In this document: one piece after another, positions 49,901 to 59,464 of the stretch
Numbering within the stretch: the first letter of the stretch is position 1
Layout of the letters: each line of letters opens with the position of its first letter
From: Heterodontus francisci
Taxonomy: Eukaryota
DNA length: 64,000 bases
Direction: 5' to 3'
Assembly (NCBI RefSeq): GCF_036365525.1
Contig: NC_090393.1
Span: 31,747,163 to 31,811,162, forward strand
The notes under the pieces: model-generated
What the model was told of the DNA's origin: nothing
Seen by the model: only the letters and a program-made list of their open reading frames with translations
Databases searched by the model: none
Made by a program: the position numbers and the translations under genes

Positions 49901-51460
49901 TATCTCCCACATCCTCGTAATATATAGAGTTAAACCACCACCTTTCCATCCATATTATTTTGCAAAGACACTACCACAAAATGTTGAACTAATTTCCACC
50001 CTCTGGATTTAGACACTTTTCTCTGGTTCCCACCATATCATTGCTCTCCAAGTCCACAATATCCTGCAGTTAATGCAACTTGTTTTGAGGCTTCTAACAT
50101 TAGTGCCCAACTTTTACAGTCAGTGGCAAAATGACAGTGTTCACCGCTGACCTCAAAAGACAGTTGCCCACAAAAATCTAGTATGCTTTAAGGCATGGAT
50201 TTCACCTTTCCCAACTTTAATTTAGTTGGTCATTTGGTAGTACAGAACTTGAGTATTGCTTAAAATAGACATGTCGAAGCTTTTCATCTTGCACTCATCA
50301 GGACAATCCACAAGAATACCAATGAATACCAATTCTTACGGATTGTCCTGATGAGTACAAGACGAAAAGCTTCAACATGTCTCTATTTTTAGCAATACTC
50401 AAGTTAATTTAATTCAGATGTCAGCGAGAGACGATCTCTAGCATCCAACAACAGTGAAATTGTCAATCAAGCTAAGCAGCCAACCCCATTCAAGAATTCT
50501 CAGACAGCAAACTACGAAGTAACAGGTAGGTTTAATATTATACTTCTTAATAATTTTATAGAAAGCAAAATAAAGATTGGGACATGCACGTAGGATTAAG
50601 ATAGAAGCTGAAATATAAATACATTTTAAAATATTGTACTTTTAAAAAAAAATCTAAATTATCATGAAATGGGGAAATTTGACATTCCAGAATTATAAAA
50701 TTAGTTTTTCAGGGCCAGAGAGATTTTTCAGCAGAAACTATGATGTAGTATGTTATTAAAAAATCTGTTACATCTCATGCAACAAGGCATAACTTTTTCA
50801 AGAGTTTTTACAGTGAGAATGATTGTGTCAAAAGTGAAAGTTCAAGTCAATTTAGTAATTTCTGGATGCTTTCTATCTGTGAGAACAGCACACCCTTTGA
50901 AGAAGCAACCAAGCACTGATAGCAACTTCTGGAATTCCACATTTAACTGCACATGTGCAGATGCCAGCAGTTGCTGTCAGCTTCACAGAGTAATGACGCC
51001 AAACACTTTCAGTTTTCCTGTCATTGCAACCACAAATTTCTGGGCCGTTATTATAGATTTTCTTACCTCGTACTGACAGCACTTGCTAGTTTGGGGCAGC
51101 ATTCTCCAATAGTCTTAAGCAACTGAAGTAATGTCATGTCTGGACCCTGTAACAAAGTATTAATATATATATAGAATTTCAGAAAAGAAACAGAGAGTAC
51201 ATCAATAGACTTCAAACAAATGCATCATCAGGAAGTAGTATCCTCACCTGCAGCAATGGTAAATTCAATTTGTTCATTTGGAGACGTCTAGTTTCAACTT
51301 CTGGGGTCCCTTGTCCTTTACAAGTGGCCATTTCGTGTAACAAAACCAGGATTGAGATTTTGTGCGGGGTAACCCAGTCTTTGATACCAAAAATATTTGC
51401 ATGAACTACACCGTTAGCCATCATAGGATTGAAAAACATACTCTCGTGAACGCTAGCCAT
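13738..51460 (-). CDS. ANAPC5: Anaphase-promoting complex subunit 5, 17 coding exons, 760 aa
   Basis: Spliced translation MASVHESMFFNPMMANGVVHANIFGIKDWVTPHKI...ELPTYGVPLLS* matches vertebrate APC5 as recalled. All 16 introns are GT-AG, phases are consistent, and exon lengths sum to 2283 nt. Confidence 0.97.
14285..15880 (-). mobile_element. Deu-SINE-like element split by CR1 (14285-14550, 15765-15880)
   Basis: Homologous to 21625-22080. Confidence 0.7.
14551..15763 (+). mobile_element. CR1 LINE 3' fragment
   Basis: DFQKAFD, KFADDMKL and VRPQLE motifs; (ATTCTGTG) tail. Confidence 0.88.
17190..18000 (-). mobile_element. CR1 LINE 3' fragment
   Basis: Reverse-complement homology to the other CR1 3' ends. 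Confidence 0.8.
18451..18613 (-). CDS. ANAPC5: ANAPC5 exon 16 (163 nt)
   Basis: LLLGIPEQALNVLHMAIESILANGTVLDRGRAMLLLAKCQVASAASCPTQEKAE|GTAAT. Confidence 0.95.
19325..20735 (-). mobile_element. CR1 LINE RT/3' fragment
   Basis: VYLDFQKAFD, SKFADDIKL, LVRPHLEYCVQFW. Confidence 0.9.
21625..22080 (-). mobile_element. Deu-SINE-like (SacSINE1/AmnSINE1-related) SINE
   Basis: Minus strand has a tRNA head GGCTCAGTTG...GGTTCCAGGTTCAAGTCCC and the Deu-like core GTCTTTCGGATGAGACATTAAACCGAGGCCC...AAAAGATCCCATAGCA. Confidence 0.75.
22630..22855. mobile_element. Inverted pair of Penelope-derived terminal repeats (older copy)
   Basis: GCAGCATCTGTGGAG...GAGTTAACATTTCAGG followed by its reverse complement. 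Confidence 0.7.
23323..23470 (-). CDS. ANAPC5: ANAPC5 exon 15 (148 nt)
   Basis: ILILEAELFWRSSCHAVAVPLLLKALALSREYHLEYLTSEAILHLAFSQ|GTGAG. Confidence 0.95.
25105..25300 (+). mobile_element. Penelope-derived terminal repeat with hammerhead-like core
   Basis: AGTT-CTGATGA-A-AGGTC-CCA-GACCT-GAAA-CG-TT-AAC at 25192-25227. Confidence 0.7.
25441..26598 (-). mobile_element. V-SINE 3' part split by RTE (25441-25541, 26496-26598)
   Basis: Same family as 12435-12775. Confidence 0.85.
25542..26495 (+). mobile_element. RTE-clade LINE, 5'-truncated, young
   Basis: Uninterrupted 273-aa C-terminal ORF; TSD ACAGTAATCC at 25532-25541 and 26496-26505. Confidence 0.93.
26941..27048 (-). CDS. ANAPC5: ANAPC5 exon 14 (108 nt)
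   Basis: KALVLKAQNQITESYRLLQKLLIHCQKKKSTEMLI(K)|GTAAG. Confidence 0.94.
27335..29275 (+). mobile_element. RTE-clade LINE, 5'-truncated and frameshifted
   Basis: KAPGKDGI, QCGFR, LLFADD; flanked by an about 86-bp direct repeat. Confidence 0.93.
30949..33123 (+). mobile_element. RTE-clade LINE, 5'-truncated with an internal deletion
   Basis: Linker plus RT; MGQ is joined to VWENG, losing the FTYLGS segment; TSD GATGGAGAGAT at 30938-30948 and 33124-33134. Confidence 0.93.
33650..33890 (-). mobile_element. CR1 3' end fragment
   Basis: Homologous to the 3' UTR at 550-800. Confidence 0.65.
33913..34034 (-). CDS. ANAPC5: ANAPC5 exon 13 (122 nt)
   Basis: LWMLFDQNIQFNRAMNDGKYHTADSLVPGIAALNGPEGLY(R)|GTAAG. 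Confidence 0.94.
35412..35486 (-). CDS. ANAPC5: ANAPC5 exon 12 (75 nt)
   Basis: GHYSAASEILKHLKDRFPPHSQHAK|GTACG. Confidence 0.94.
35955..36989 (+). mobile_element. RTE-clade LINE, 5'-truncated
   Basis: LLFADD through the C-terminal CxxC..H motif and the GGCCAAAGAAGA tail. Confidence 0.92.
37697..37832 (-). CDS. ANAPC5: ANAPC5 exon 11 (136 nt)
   Basis: TMALQQTQLLLYMHSLESVNMDIHQNNTEAMAVVLCHLAELHAEQ|GTGAG. Confidence 0.95.
38490..38671 (-). CDS. ANAPC5: ANAPC5 exon 10 (182 nt)
   Basis: YLASLGIQSLVQQRTFSGRPANKLMDAMKDSDMLHWKHGLSELIDVSIAQKTAIWKMYGQ. Confidence 0.95.
39187..39565 (+). mobile_element. tRNA-derived SINE with a CR1/L2-group LINE tail (an inverted partial copy lies at about 38755-38970)
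   Basis: Head GGCAGTGGTGTAGTGG...GGTTTGAATCCC; tail GGGCAATTAGGGATG..CAAATGCTGGCC matches the LINE 3' end at 44100-44190. Confidence 0.8.
39585..39677 (-). CDS. ANAPC5: ANAPC5 exon 9 (93 nt)
   Basis: SWLYILEQMKGSDNAVLVEHSVKKAGQLGLP|GTGAG. Confidence 0.94.
39886..39967 (-). CDS. ANAPC5: ANAPC5 exon 8 (82 nt)
   Basis: EQAQFALQEAIRIAQESSDHVCLQHCL|GTAAG. Confidence 0.95.
40558..40748 (-). CDS. ANAPC5: ANAPC5 exon 7 (191 nt)
   Basis: HYLSYLNSLRVQDYFSAMHSLLHYFDRLIL...YAALNLAALNCRFGH; the phase requires donor CA|GTAGGT. Confidence 0.93.
41434..41535 (-). CDS. ANAPC5: ANAPC5 exon 6 (102 nt)
   Basis: ASLLKNNENEALSPAALQKELNNLLKFNPDFSEA|GTAAG. Confidence 0.95.
42609..42675 (-). CDS. ANAPC5: ANAPC5 exon 5 (67 nt)
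   Basis: DDEVIDRGPLSQKQAEFFLAQQ|GTATAG. Confidence 0.93.
44100..46900 (-). mobile_element. Degenerate CR1/L2-group LINE (endonuclease-RT region and 3' tail)
   Basis: KAMGPDSIP, IKAAFERVWH, MEYFPVPWM; (ATGA)n tail. Confidence 0.85.
47095..47330 (+). repeat. Unclassified old repeat, inverted partner of 49070-49316
   Basis: AGATCTGCAATCA...GTGAGAACTGTGGTGCTTATGGG...CCATCTAAATTTAAAA...GCCTTTTTAGGTATCCAAATT matches the reverse complement of 49070-49316. Confidence 0.8.
47794..47998 (-). CDS. ANAPC5: ANAPC5 exon 4 (205 nt)
   Basis: GLFLRHMILAYNKLSFSQVYKLYTALQQY...EELEFPL(R)|GTAAG. Confidence 0.95.
49070..49316 (-). repeat. Unclassified old repeat, inverted partner of 47095-47330
   Basis: Reverse-complement match to 47095-47330. 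Confidence 0.8.
49496..49605 (-). CDS. ANAPC5: ANAPC5 exon 3 (110 nt)
   Basis: VKLMAEGELKDMENFFYSLQNVFSGTEPAVHKTSVI(G)|GTATG. Confidence 0.94.
50246..50405. repeat. 160-bp imperfect palindrome, each arm carrying a minimal hammerhead-like motif (Penelope-type)
   Basis: AACTTGAGTATTGCT...AGCAATACTCAAGTT; CTGATGA...GAAA-AGCT-TC on both strands. Confidence 0.8.
50460..51050 (+). repeat. AT-rich non-autonomous (MITE-like) repeat; inverted homolog at about 55030-55500
   Basis: AAATAAAGATTGGGACAT..GGATTAAGATAGAAGCTGAAATAT and AAAATTAGTTTTTCAGGG occur reverse-complemented at 55240-55390. Confidence 0.65.
51067..51146 (-). CDS. ANAPC5: ANAPC5 exon 2 (80 nt)
   Basis: ACAG|GPDMTLLQLLKTIGECCPKLASAVST(R)|GTAAG. 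Confidence 0.93.
51248..51460 (-). CDS. ANAPC5: ANAPC5 coding exon 1 (213 nt)
   Basis: MASVHESMFFNPMM...LNLPLLQ, donor CAG|GTGAG. Confidence 0.95.
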
Positions 51461-51599
51461 GATAATGAGCAGTCAAGTGGTGAAATTAAATACCAGAGCT
51501 AAAATCTCAAGTGAAGAAAAGCAACTAAACCCAACTGAACTTCTCCAATGCAGACAAAAACACTGTGAATATCCTAGTGACCACAATCACACTAGGCCT

Positions 51600-51880
51600 G
51601 ATGGAAACGGCGTTGCACATACAAGGGTTTCGATTTGCTAAAGACGTTTCCTTTTAGCAGAGTCATTCCTACAACGAAGCATCAACTTACGACAGATACA
51701 AGATACATTTTCCTTAGTTTTAATCTGTAATTTGCAGTATTCAGAAATTCGGACAAATCTGCAGAGCGACGAATCAACCACCTCCAACCGGCGGCAGGCT
51801 CACCAATCAATGTACGATCGAAGCATCCGCTCGATGCGCTCTAGTCACAGTTTGTTGGGTCTGAAAGCATCGAAATCAGG
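51600..51880 (-). promoter_or_regulatory. Probable ANAPC5 promoter / non-coding first exon
   Basis: Locally CpG-rich in a CpG-poor background, with a CCAAT near 51803. A candidate donor GTAAGT at 51690 and a polypyrimidine TTTTAG acceptor at 51499 lie just upstream of the ATG. Confidence 0.5.
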
Positions 51881-51924
51881 AGTCAGACTGGGCAAGGAAG
51901 AGTGAGATAGATTACTAACCCATT

Positions 51925-52690
51925 TAAACACATAGGACGTCCCAAAGCGCATTGCAGCCAACTAAATACTTTTGGAGTGCAGTCACTGTTGTGGGAAAAT
52001 CAGCAGATAATTGCACACAGCAAGCTCCCACAAACAGCAATGTGATAATGACCTGGTTTTTTTTGTTGATCGCGATAAATATTGGTCTGGACACCAGGGA
52101 TAACTCCACTGCTCTTTGAAATAGTACCATGGGATCTTTTACATCCACCTAAGAGGGTAGACCAGGCCTCAGTTTAACGGCGCAGTGGTTAGCACCGCAG
52201 CCTCACGGCTCCAGCGACCCGGGTTCAATTCTGGGTACTGCCCGTGTGGAGTTTGCAAGTTCTCCCTGTGTCTGCGTGGGTTTTCTCCGGGTGCTCCGGT
52301 TTCCTCCCACAAACCAAAAGACTTGCAGGTTGGTAGGTAAATTGGCCATTATAAATTGCCCCTAGCATAGGTAGGTGGTAGGGAAATATAGAGATAGGTG
52401 GGGATGTGGTAGGAATATGGGATTAGTGTAGGATTAGTATATATGGGTGGTTGATGGTCGGCACAGACTCGGTGGGCCGAAGGGCCTGTTTCAGTGCTGT
52501 ATCTCTAAACTAAACTAAACTAAAAAACTAAACATCTCATCTGAAAGACAACCCTTACGACAGTGCAGGACACCCTCTGTACTGCACTGGAATGTTAGCC
52601 TTGATTTTTGTGCTCAAGTCCAAGTCCTGGAGTGGAATTTGAACCTACAACCTGCAGACTTAGAGGCAAGAGAGCTACCAACTGAGCCTT
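51925..52690 (-). mobile_element. Deu-SINE-like SINE interrupted by a V-SINE
   Basis: Homologous to 21625-22080. Confidence 0.75.
52179..52531 (+). mobile_element. V-SINE (HE1-like)
   Basis: Near-identical to 12435-12775; (CTAAA)n tail. Confidence 0.9.
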
Positions 52691-53500
52691 ATATAGTGTG
52701 TTTAATGTAGTAAAACATCTGAACGCGCTTCATAGGAGTGTTATCAAACAACATTTGACACAGAGTCACATAAGGAAATATTTGGGCAATGACCAAAAGC
52801 TTGGATAAAGAGATAGGTTTTAAGGAGCGTCTTAAAGGAGGAAAGAGAGGTAGAGAGGAAGAGATTTAGGGAGAGAGTTCCAGAACTTAGGGCCCAGATA
52901 GCTAAAGGCACAGCTACCAATGGTGAAGCAATTAAAATCTGATGAAAGGTCAACAGACCTAAAACGTTAACTCTGCTTTTCTCTCCACAGATGCTACCAG
53001 ACCTGCTGAGTATTTCCAGCACTTTCTGTTTTTATTTCAATTAAAATCAGGGGTGCTCAAGAGGCCAGAATTGGAGGAGCTTAGATATTTTGAAGGGTGT
53101 GGGGCTGGAGGAGATTACAGACATAGAGAGAGGGGAGACCATGCATGAATTTGAAAACAAGGGTGAGAATTTTAAAGTTGAGGTATTCCTCAACCAGAAA
53201 CCAGTGTAGGTCAATGAGGACAGGGGTGATGAGTGAACAGAACTTGGTCCCAGTTAGGACATGGACATGAGAGTTTTGGATGACCTCAAGTTTACTAAGG
53301 GTACAATGTGGGGGCTGGCCAGGAGTGCATTGGAATTGTCATCTAGAGGTAATAAAGGCATGGATGAGGATTTCAGCAACAGATGAGCTGAAGCAGGGGC
53401 GGAGTTGGATGATGTTATGGAGGTGGAAATAGTGATGCTGTGGATATGTGATCAGAAGGTCACCTTGGAGTCAAATATGACACCAAGGTTGTGAACAAAA
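52690..53500 (-). mobile_element. L2 LINE 3' fragment with an inserted Penelope-type repeat (52939-53037, TSD CAATTAAAATC)
   Basis: L2-type 3' end (CCTTTAAGACGCTCCTTAAAACCTATCTCTTT..CAAGCTTTTGGTCA on the minus strand). Confidence 0.7.
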
Positions 53501-53859
53501 TGTCCAGAATAAAGTTTATTTTTCAATCTTTCCTTCAACTATCATGAGTTGACTGACTTTTAGGGATACTTTTCTTTTTCTCAAATTTATGATGAGCTTT
53601 TTTTTGTGCGTGTGTGCTATCGATGTAGCCACATGTGATTGCTCTTGTTCGGCCTCATGAAGCACTCAAGTCTGGATCCTGCAACTCTTGTTAGTTTACT
53701 TAGTGGTATTAATAAAACATGGATACTCAACAAAGACATACTTCATAAAAAAGTATCTACATGTGCTGGCAGTGATTGCTTAAAACAACCTTTACCTATA
53801 ATGGATATATCAATGGCCTGCATGACAGAAAAAACAGTTACTTGACAGCTAAAGCATGT

Positions 53860-55950
53860 TCAAGATGGCGACAGAGTATGCTCTAACACCACCCCTGGGT
53901 TCTCGACATCCACCACTCAAATGCTTCAGAAAGGGATTGAGTGAGTCTGAAAAAACGATGCCCTTTCGATGAAGTTAGACCAAGAGATGGAACTAGTGCA
54001 GGGAGTGACATTTCTCACAGTGATTGGCGAAAAACAGTGTGGCTTCTTCTCCATATGACTGGACTGGGCCGAAGCTAGAGACAGAGACAAGATGGTGCAA
54101 CTGTGTAAGAACAGTCCCTTTGAGAGTTACAAGTTCAACAGGAGATTGTGAAGCATACAACCAGTATTGTATGGCACTGCAAAAACTCCCTGAAGGCTGT
54201 GATTTCCACTCTATTACACTAGATAAGTTACTACGACATCAGCTTGTGTGTGGAATGGTGTGAGAGAGACTGCTTTGAGAGACTAGCCTAACCTTTTTGA
54301 AGATGGACAACATTTTTCATATATCTGAAAGCTTGGTGGTGCAACTAGAAGACATCAGGGATTTGAACGGACAGAGTCTGAGTCCCATTCGGAAAGCCTA
54401 GGAGACCCCAAGGCACAGCAGTGACAAGCATTGGGACAACACCAGAGGCTTCCCAAAGATTTGAGAGTGCAGGAACTGCGAGAAGAGACATGACTTCCAC
54501 AGAAGAGAGCTGTGTTTCTGCTTATGGGAAAACGTGCAGGAACAAATTTCCAACAAAAGCAACCATTTCGCAGTGAAATGCCGTGGAAAAGAATGATAGA
54601 AATACAGCTAGAGCAATACATGAACCAAGCACAGAAGAAGTTTTTGTCAGTGAGGATAGTGCTATTGGTTTGTATAACTCAGTTTGTTACACTTAAACGC
54701 GAGTCAGGCAACTACCTAAGATTCCAAACAGCTCTGGTGCACAATATAATGTGATTCAGCTTCACTTAATATTAAAAGGCTACTCGTTATTTCAAGCTAT
54801 CAAAGGATGAACGATTCAAGACAGAAATCGTAGTTTATGGTGGTTCAAGGCTCCCCATTAAAGACCAAATATGAATCCAAGTCCAACATGGTGATTTTAG
54901 ATGTAAGCTGGACTGTAAGCCCATCGATAGAGCAACAATATGCCCTCTACTTGGTAGAAAGGCCTGCCTGGACATGAACATCATTAAGTATAACTGACAG
55001 CAACTTCTAGCATCCACACAGCAGAGTTAAACATGGAAATCTGGAAGTTGCTATCAGTGATACGCTGCTCCTGAGTGTGTGCTGTTGCAGTCTTTGCAGA
55101 TGCCATCAGCACAGAACCACAAATCAACTTTTTACACACTATTCTCACTGTAAAACACATTGAAAATGTTAAGCTTTATTGAATGAGGTGTAACAGATTT
55201 TAATGTGTGCTAAGTCATAAGTACTGCTGAACATCTCTGACCCTGAAAAACTAATTTTAAAAGGGTGGAGTGTCATTCCTTTTATTTCATGATAAAATTT
55301 CATAGATTTTTAAAACAAAAGTTTTTTTTAAAGTTTATGATATTTCAGCTTTTATCTTAATTCCATGTGTATGTCCCAATCTTTATTTCGCTGTCTGTAA
55401 AATGATTACATGATTAAAAGGGATACCAAGTGCAGTTTACTTCCTTGTTTGCTGTCAGTGAAAATTCTTCAATCTGATTGCCTGCTCCGCCTGCTTGGTA
55501 ACTTCACTGTTCCTCAATGCCAGAGATCCCCCACAGATGGTGCCAGAAAGAAACTGACTCTACAATAGGGGAAATCAATGTGGCAGAGTTCACTAAATCT
55601 TTATGGCATCGTTCTTCGAGGTCAGCAGTGAATGCCAGCCCTTCTGAGCCAGTTAAACTAATAGAATACTCTATACTGGTGCACCCATATAAATGTTCAA
55701 CAACCACAAACTACTGATCAAAGAGTGTTAGCACAGAAACACCCTCAAATCTTCAGTGATGGTGGAGGACAAGTTGATGGAGATTACCGAATCAGGCTCA
55801 ACAAGGCAGTAGATCCAGTAGAACATGTCCCGCATCAAGTACCATTGACATTAAGGGATAAGCTGAAGGAAATTCTGGATGGTCTGGTCAGACTGGACAT
55901 CATCTCTCTTGTAACAAAGCTGACCTCATGGATCATCTCAATGTAATTCT
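53860..55950 (+). mobile_element. Degenerate Gypsy-type gag/pol remnant, interrupted by the MITE-like repeat
   Basis: Gag-like LQKLPEGCDF...LLRHQLVCG; pol-like YRIRLNKAVDPVEHVPHQVPLTLRDKLKEILDGLVRLDIISLVTKLTSWIISM. Confidence 0.75.
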
Positions 55951-56384
55951 CACTAACCTGCTGACCGCCCAATTACTTTTCCTGACTTTCACGTTAACTG
56001 AAATAAGTAAATGATTCCCAGTTCTTAGTCGGTAAACATGCATGATCACCCCATCACCACCTATCCCCACCCTTCTCAATCACCCAGCCCCTCTGTGCTT
56101 GCAAACTAACACCCAGCTCCAAACTTAATTTCCTTTCAAGTCTTTGAACATGTTGTCACCTCCCAAATCATAGTATAATGGTACAGTGCAGAAGGAGACC
56201 ATACAGCCAGCATACCTGTGCCTTTGAAAGATCTACCCAATTAATTCCATTCCTCTGCTCTCTCCCTACAGCTCCACAATTTTTTCCCTTTCACGTCCTT
56301 GTCTTTCCCACAACTCCATGTCTGAATCTCTCCAATCCAGATTCCACCACATCACAACACTGAAACAGCACTAACAAAAGTACA

Positions 56385-56858
56385 TATGAACATACAAATT
56401 AGGAGCAGGAGTAGGCCACTCAGCTCCTCCTCGAGCCTGCTCCGCCATTCAATAAGGTCATGGCTGATCTGATTGTAATCTCGATTCCACATTCCCGATA
56501 ACCTTTCACCCCCTTGTTTATCAAGAATCTATCTACCTATCTATCTATTTAAAGACTCTGCTTCCACTGCCTTTAGAAGAGTTCCAAAGACTCATGACTC
56601 TCGGAGAGAAAAAATTTCTCCCCATCTCTGCTTTAAATGGGTGACCCCTTATTTTTAAATAGTGACCCTTAGTTCTAGATTCTCCCACAATGGGAAACAT
56701 CCTTTCCACATCCACCCTGTCAAAACCCCTCAGGATCTTATCTGTTTCAATCAAGTCACCTCTTACTCTCTTAAACTCCAGTGGATACAAGCCTAGCCTG
56801 TCCAACCTTTCCTCATAAGACAACCTGCCCATTCCAGGTATTAGTCTAGTAAACCTTC
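56385..56858 (-). mobile_element. CR1 3' fragment inside an L2-like remnant (about 56300-57030)
   Basis: LSYEERLDRLGLYPLEFKRVRGDLIE. Confidence 0.85.
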
Positions 56859-58199
56859 ACAAATTACATCCTTTCTGACTGTAACCATGGCACATTATCC
56901 CTCCTTATCATCTTTGCAGCCTTTGGCATAGTTGACCACACCATCCTCCTCCAACATTTTTTCTCTGTTGTCCAGCTGAGTGGAACTGCCCTCACTTGGT
57001 TTCATTTTCACCTACCCAATTGCAGCAAGAGCCTATCCAGAAGTAAATTCTATATATTATTGTGTTTAATATTCAATTAATCTTTATACATGTAATTGTT
57101 TGTTTAGCATCTTTGTTTACATATGGTTCAGAAAAAAACTTGCAGCAATGAACAGAGTGAGCAAGTTGCATTGGAAGCAAGTAGGTACCACTGGATTCTA
57201 GCATTTAACAGTTTTTTTGCATTACAATTGTTTTGAAAATGGTGCTAAGGTTTGGCTGAACCTTTGCAAATTTAGTTGTATCTGCTTGATATTTTGTATA
57301 CCGGGTTGCAAATGTGTATATGTTAGATAAAAATTAACACACCAGTATGATACAGAACTGGAATTTTTGGTTTACTAAAAGTAAATTTCTCAGTGTCATG
57401 GAATGTACAAGCCCTCAACCAAAACCATACAAGTTGATGAAGATGGCACCTTTTCCATAAGCCATCAAGTTCTATCGCATGCTTTGCTTAATCAATGGCT
57501 GAGGCATGTTTATGTTTTTTTTAGACAAGATAACATATTTAGTTTTCTCCTTTTTGTATTTGAAGGTTAGTGCATGTTCACTGGCCTTTGGTGCAGTTAG
57601 ATGATTGTTTATAAGTTTGTTGTGAAGAGGCAGTGTGGCGGGTTACATTATTGTATATGGTAAATAGTCACTTTAAATCCTTACTCTAATTTTCAATGTT
57701 GTCAAGATTAAAAAGTAATGGCAATAAAAGGTTAGTTGAGACAGTTTAAAAGGAATCTGTTATTAGACATATATATATATATATGCATGTAACTTATTGT
57801 GCAATTGATGATCCATAAAATGCTTCAGAAACAATCTACAACATAGAAATCATTCTGTTCTATACAGTTTGAAATAATATAGAAACGTTTGAACTTTTAA
57901 CTAGTTTTATTCAGTTTCATGTTAAGCTAATGAACTGAAACATTTAATTTTAATGACACAAGCTACTTAGATTTTGTAGCACTCTGTATTAGAAACATTT
58001 TTGCTTACAGAAATTGTAGTGCTCATTTCTAAGATAATTAATAATTCAGGTAAGTTAATAATGTCATCAAATCATAATAAATAGACACAAGCCTTATTTT
58101 TGTGCGATGGGGAGATCTCCAACTTGATAGCAGTTTGCTGCATAGGTTTCCATAGAAATAAATTTGATCTGCCATGAAACTCAGCTTCCCCTAATATTT

Positions 58200-58340
58200 A
58201 GATAGCTGAAGAAGGGTCTCTGACCTGAAACGTTAACTCTGCTTCTCTTTGCACAGATGCTGCCAGACCTGCTGCGTATTTCCAGCATTTCTTGTTTTTA
58301 TTTTAGATTTCCAGCATCTGCAGTATTTTGCTTTTATTCC
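58200..58340 (+). mobile_element. Penelope-derived terminal repeat with hammerhead-like core
   Basis: CTGAAGA-A-GGGTC-TCT-GACCT-GAAA-CG-TT-AACT; flanked by CTAATATTT repeats. Confidence 0.7.
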
Positions 58341-58759
58341 TCTAATATTTGTTAGGGATGCATGTTAAGTAAACATCTAATGTGTTTTTAGTCTCAAGGA
58401 TATAGCTGTATTACTGCTTTCACTCTGGCAGTCTCCTGAATCTAATTTCAGGATAAAACTATACTTTTACACTCACTACGTGTATTATAGAATCTGAGTA
58501 AAATTCTCAATTTGGGTCTGTTATTTGGGTGCCAATTTCAGCATTTTGTATCTAGATGTCAGTTATAGAATAGATAGTGGTGAAATATATTTTTCTAATT
58601 AATTTTTGGTCTTTGACCATTTTTATATTTGCTCTAGAACACATCATTTAATAAGCAGGAAAATGTTAAAATGCTTTATTGAATGAGACAACACAGTTTG
58701 TGAGGCTGTGGAATTCGCTACCAGAGTTTGATAGTGTCGTTTCTGGCTTGTGTCCAGAA

Positions 58760-59240
58760 CCAGAAAAAGTCATAAACTTTACTTCTAACTTCCACCTTTC
58801 CATGGTCCATCTCCAAATCTTTTCGCAGTTCCGAAGAAGGGTCACTGACCCGAAACGTTAACTCTGCTTCTCTTTCCACTGATGCTGCCAGACCTGCTGA
58901 GTGATTCCAGCATTTCTTGTTTTGGTTCTTTTCTTCCTTTACTTGACTGCGCTATTCCATTTCTGGAAATATGCTGTCAACCAATATATGCTATAAGCTC
59001 ACTGACTCTCACTTCCGGTAAGAACTCTGCTCCAATCTCCCAGTTTCTCCATTTCCATTACATCCGTTCTGATGATGCCACCAACCAAAACAGGGCTTCC
59101 GATATGTCTTCCTTTTTCTTCAACCAAGGATTCCTCTCCACCATCATTGACAAGATTGTGTCCATCCCATTCCTTGCATTTTTGCTCACACCCCTTCCTC
59201 TCTTTCCCAGAACCATCATAAGATTCTCCTGGCGCACACC
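58760..59240 (+). mobile_element. Degenerate Penelope-like RT/linker remnant with an inserted terminal repeat (58826-58925)
   Basis: FTSNFH and KNSAPISQFLHFHYIRSDDATNQNRASDMSSFFFNQGF resemble the Penelope IP.SQFLR.RRICS...F..RG linker. Confidence 0.6.
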
Positions 59241-59270
59241 CTCCTCCCTACCCTTACATGACCGTTCATC

Positions 59271-59458
59271 ACTTCCTGTGTACATCTCGCTGAGGATTGG
59301 TTGATGCGAATGTCAATCAGGCCGGTGCTGGGTCCGGCGCAGCCGCGGCAGCGCGAGAGTGAGTGTCCGTTTGCTGGGCTCGAGACTCTTCTCGCCCTTT
59401 GGTACCAGCAGGCCGGACATGTTGCTGTAGTTTCGGGCGCGGAGTCGGAGGAATTGTC
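59271..59458 (+). promoter_or_regulatory. CpG-rich promoter and 5' UTR of a plus-strand gene (probably RNF34)
   Basis: ATTGG and CAATCA boxes at 59296-59320 and dense CpG, followed by ATGAAG|GTATTT. Confidence 0.65.
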
Positions 59459-59464
59459 ATGAAG
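59459..59464 (+). CDS. RNF34: First coding exon (Met-Lys) of probable RING finger protein 34; exon 2 not found in window
   Basis: GTCATGAAG|GTATTT. In human, RNF34 is the head-to-head neighbour of ANAPC5 and begins MK-AGATSMW, with MK on exon 1 as recalled. The call rests on synteny plus only two codons. Confidence 0.55.

Noticed and set aside
57030-58150. AT-rich unique region resembling a 3' UTR (AATAAA, (AT)n)
   Set aside because: No upstream exon or other support; cannot be distinguished from intergenic DNA.
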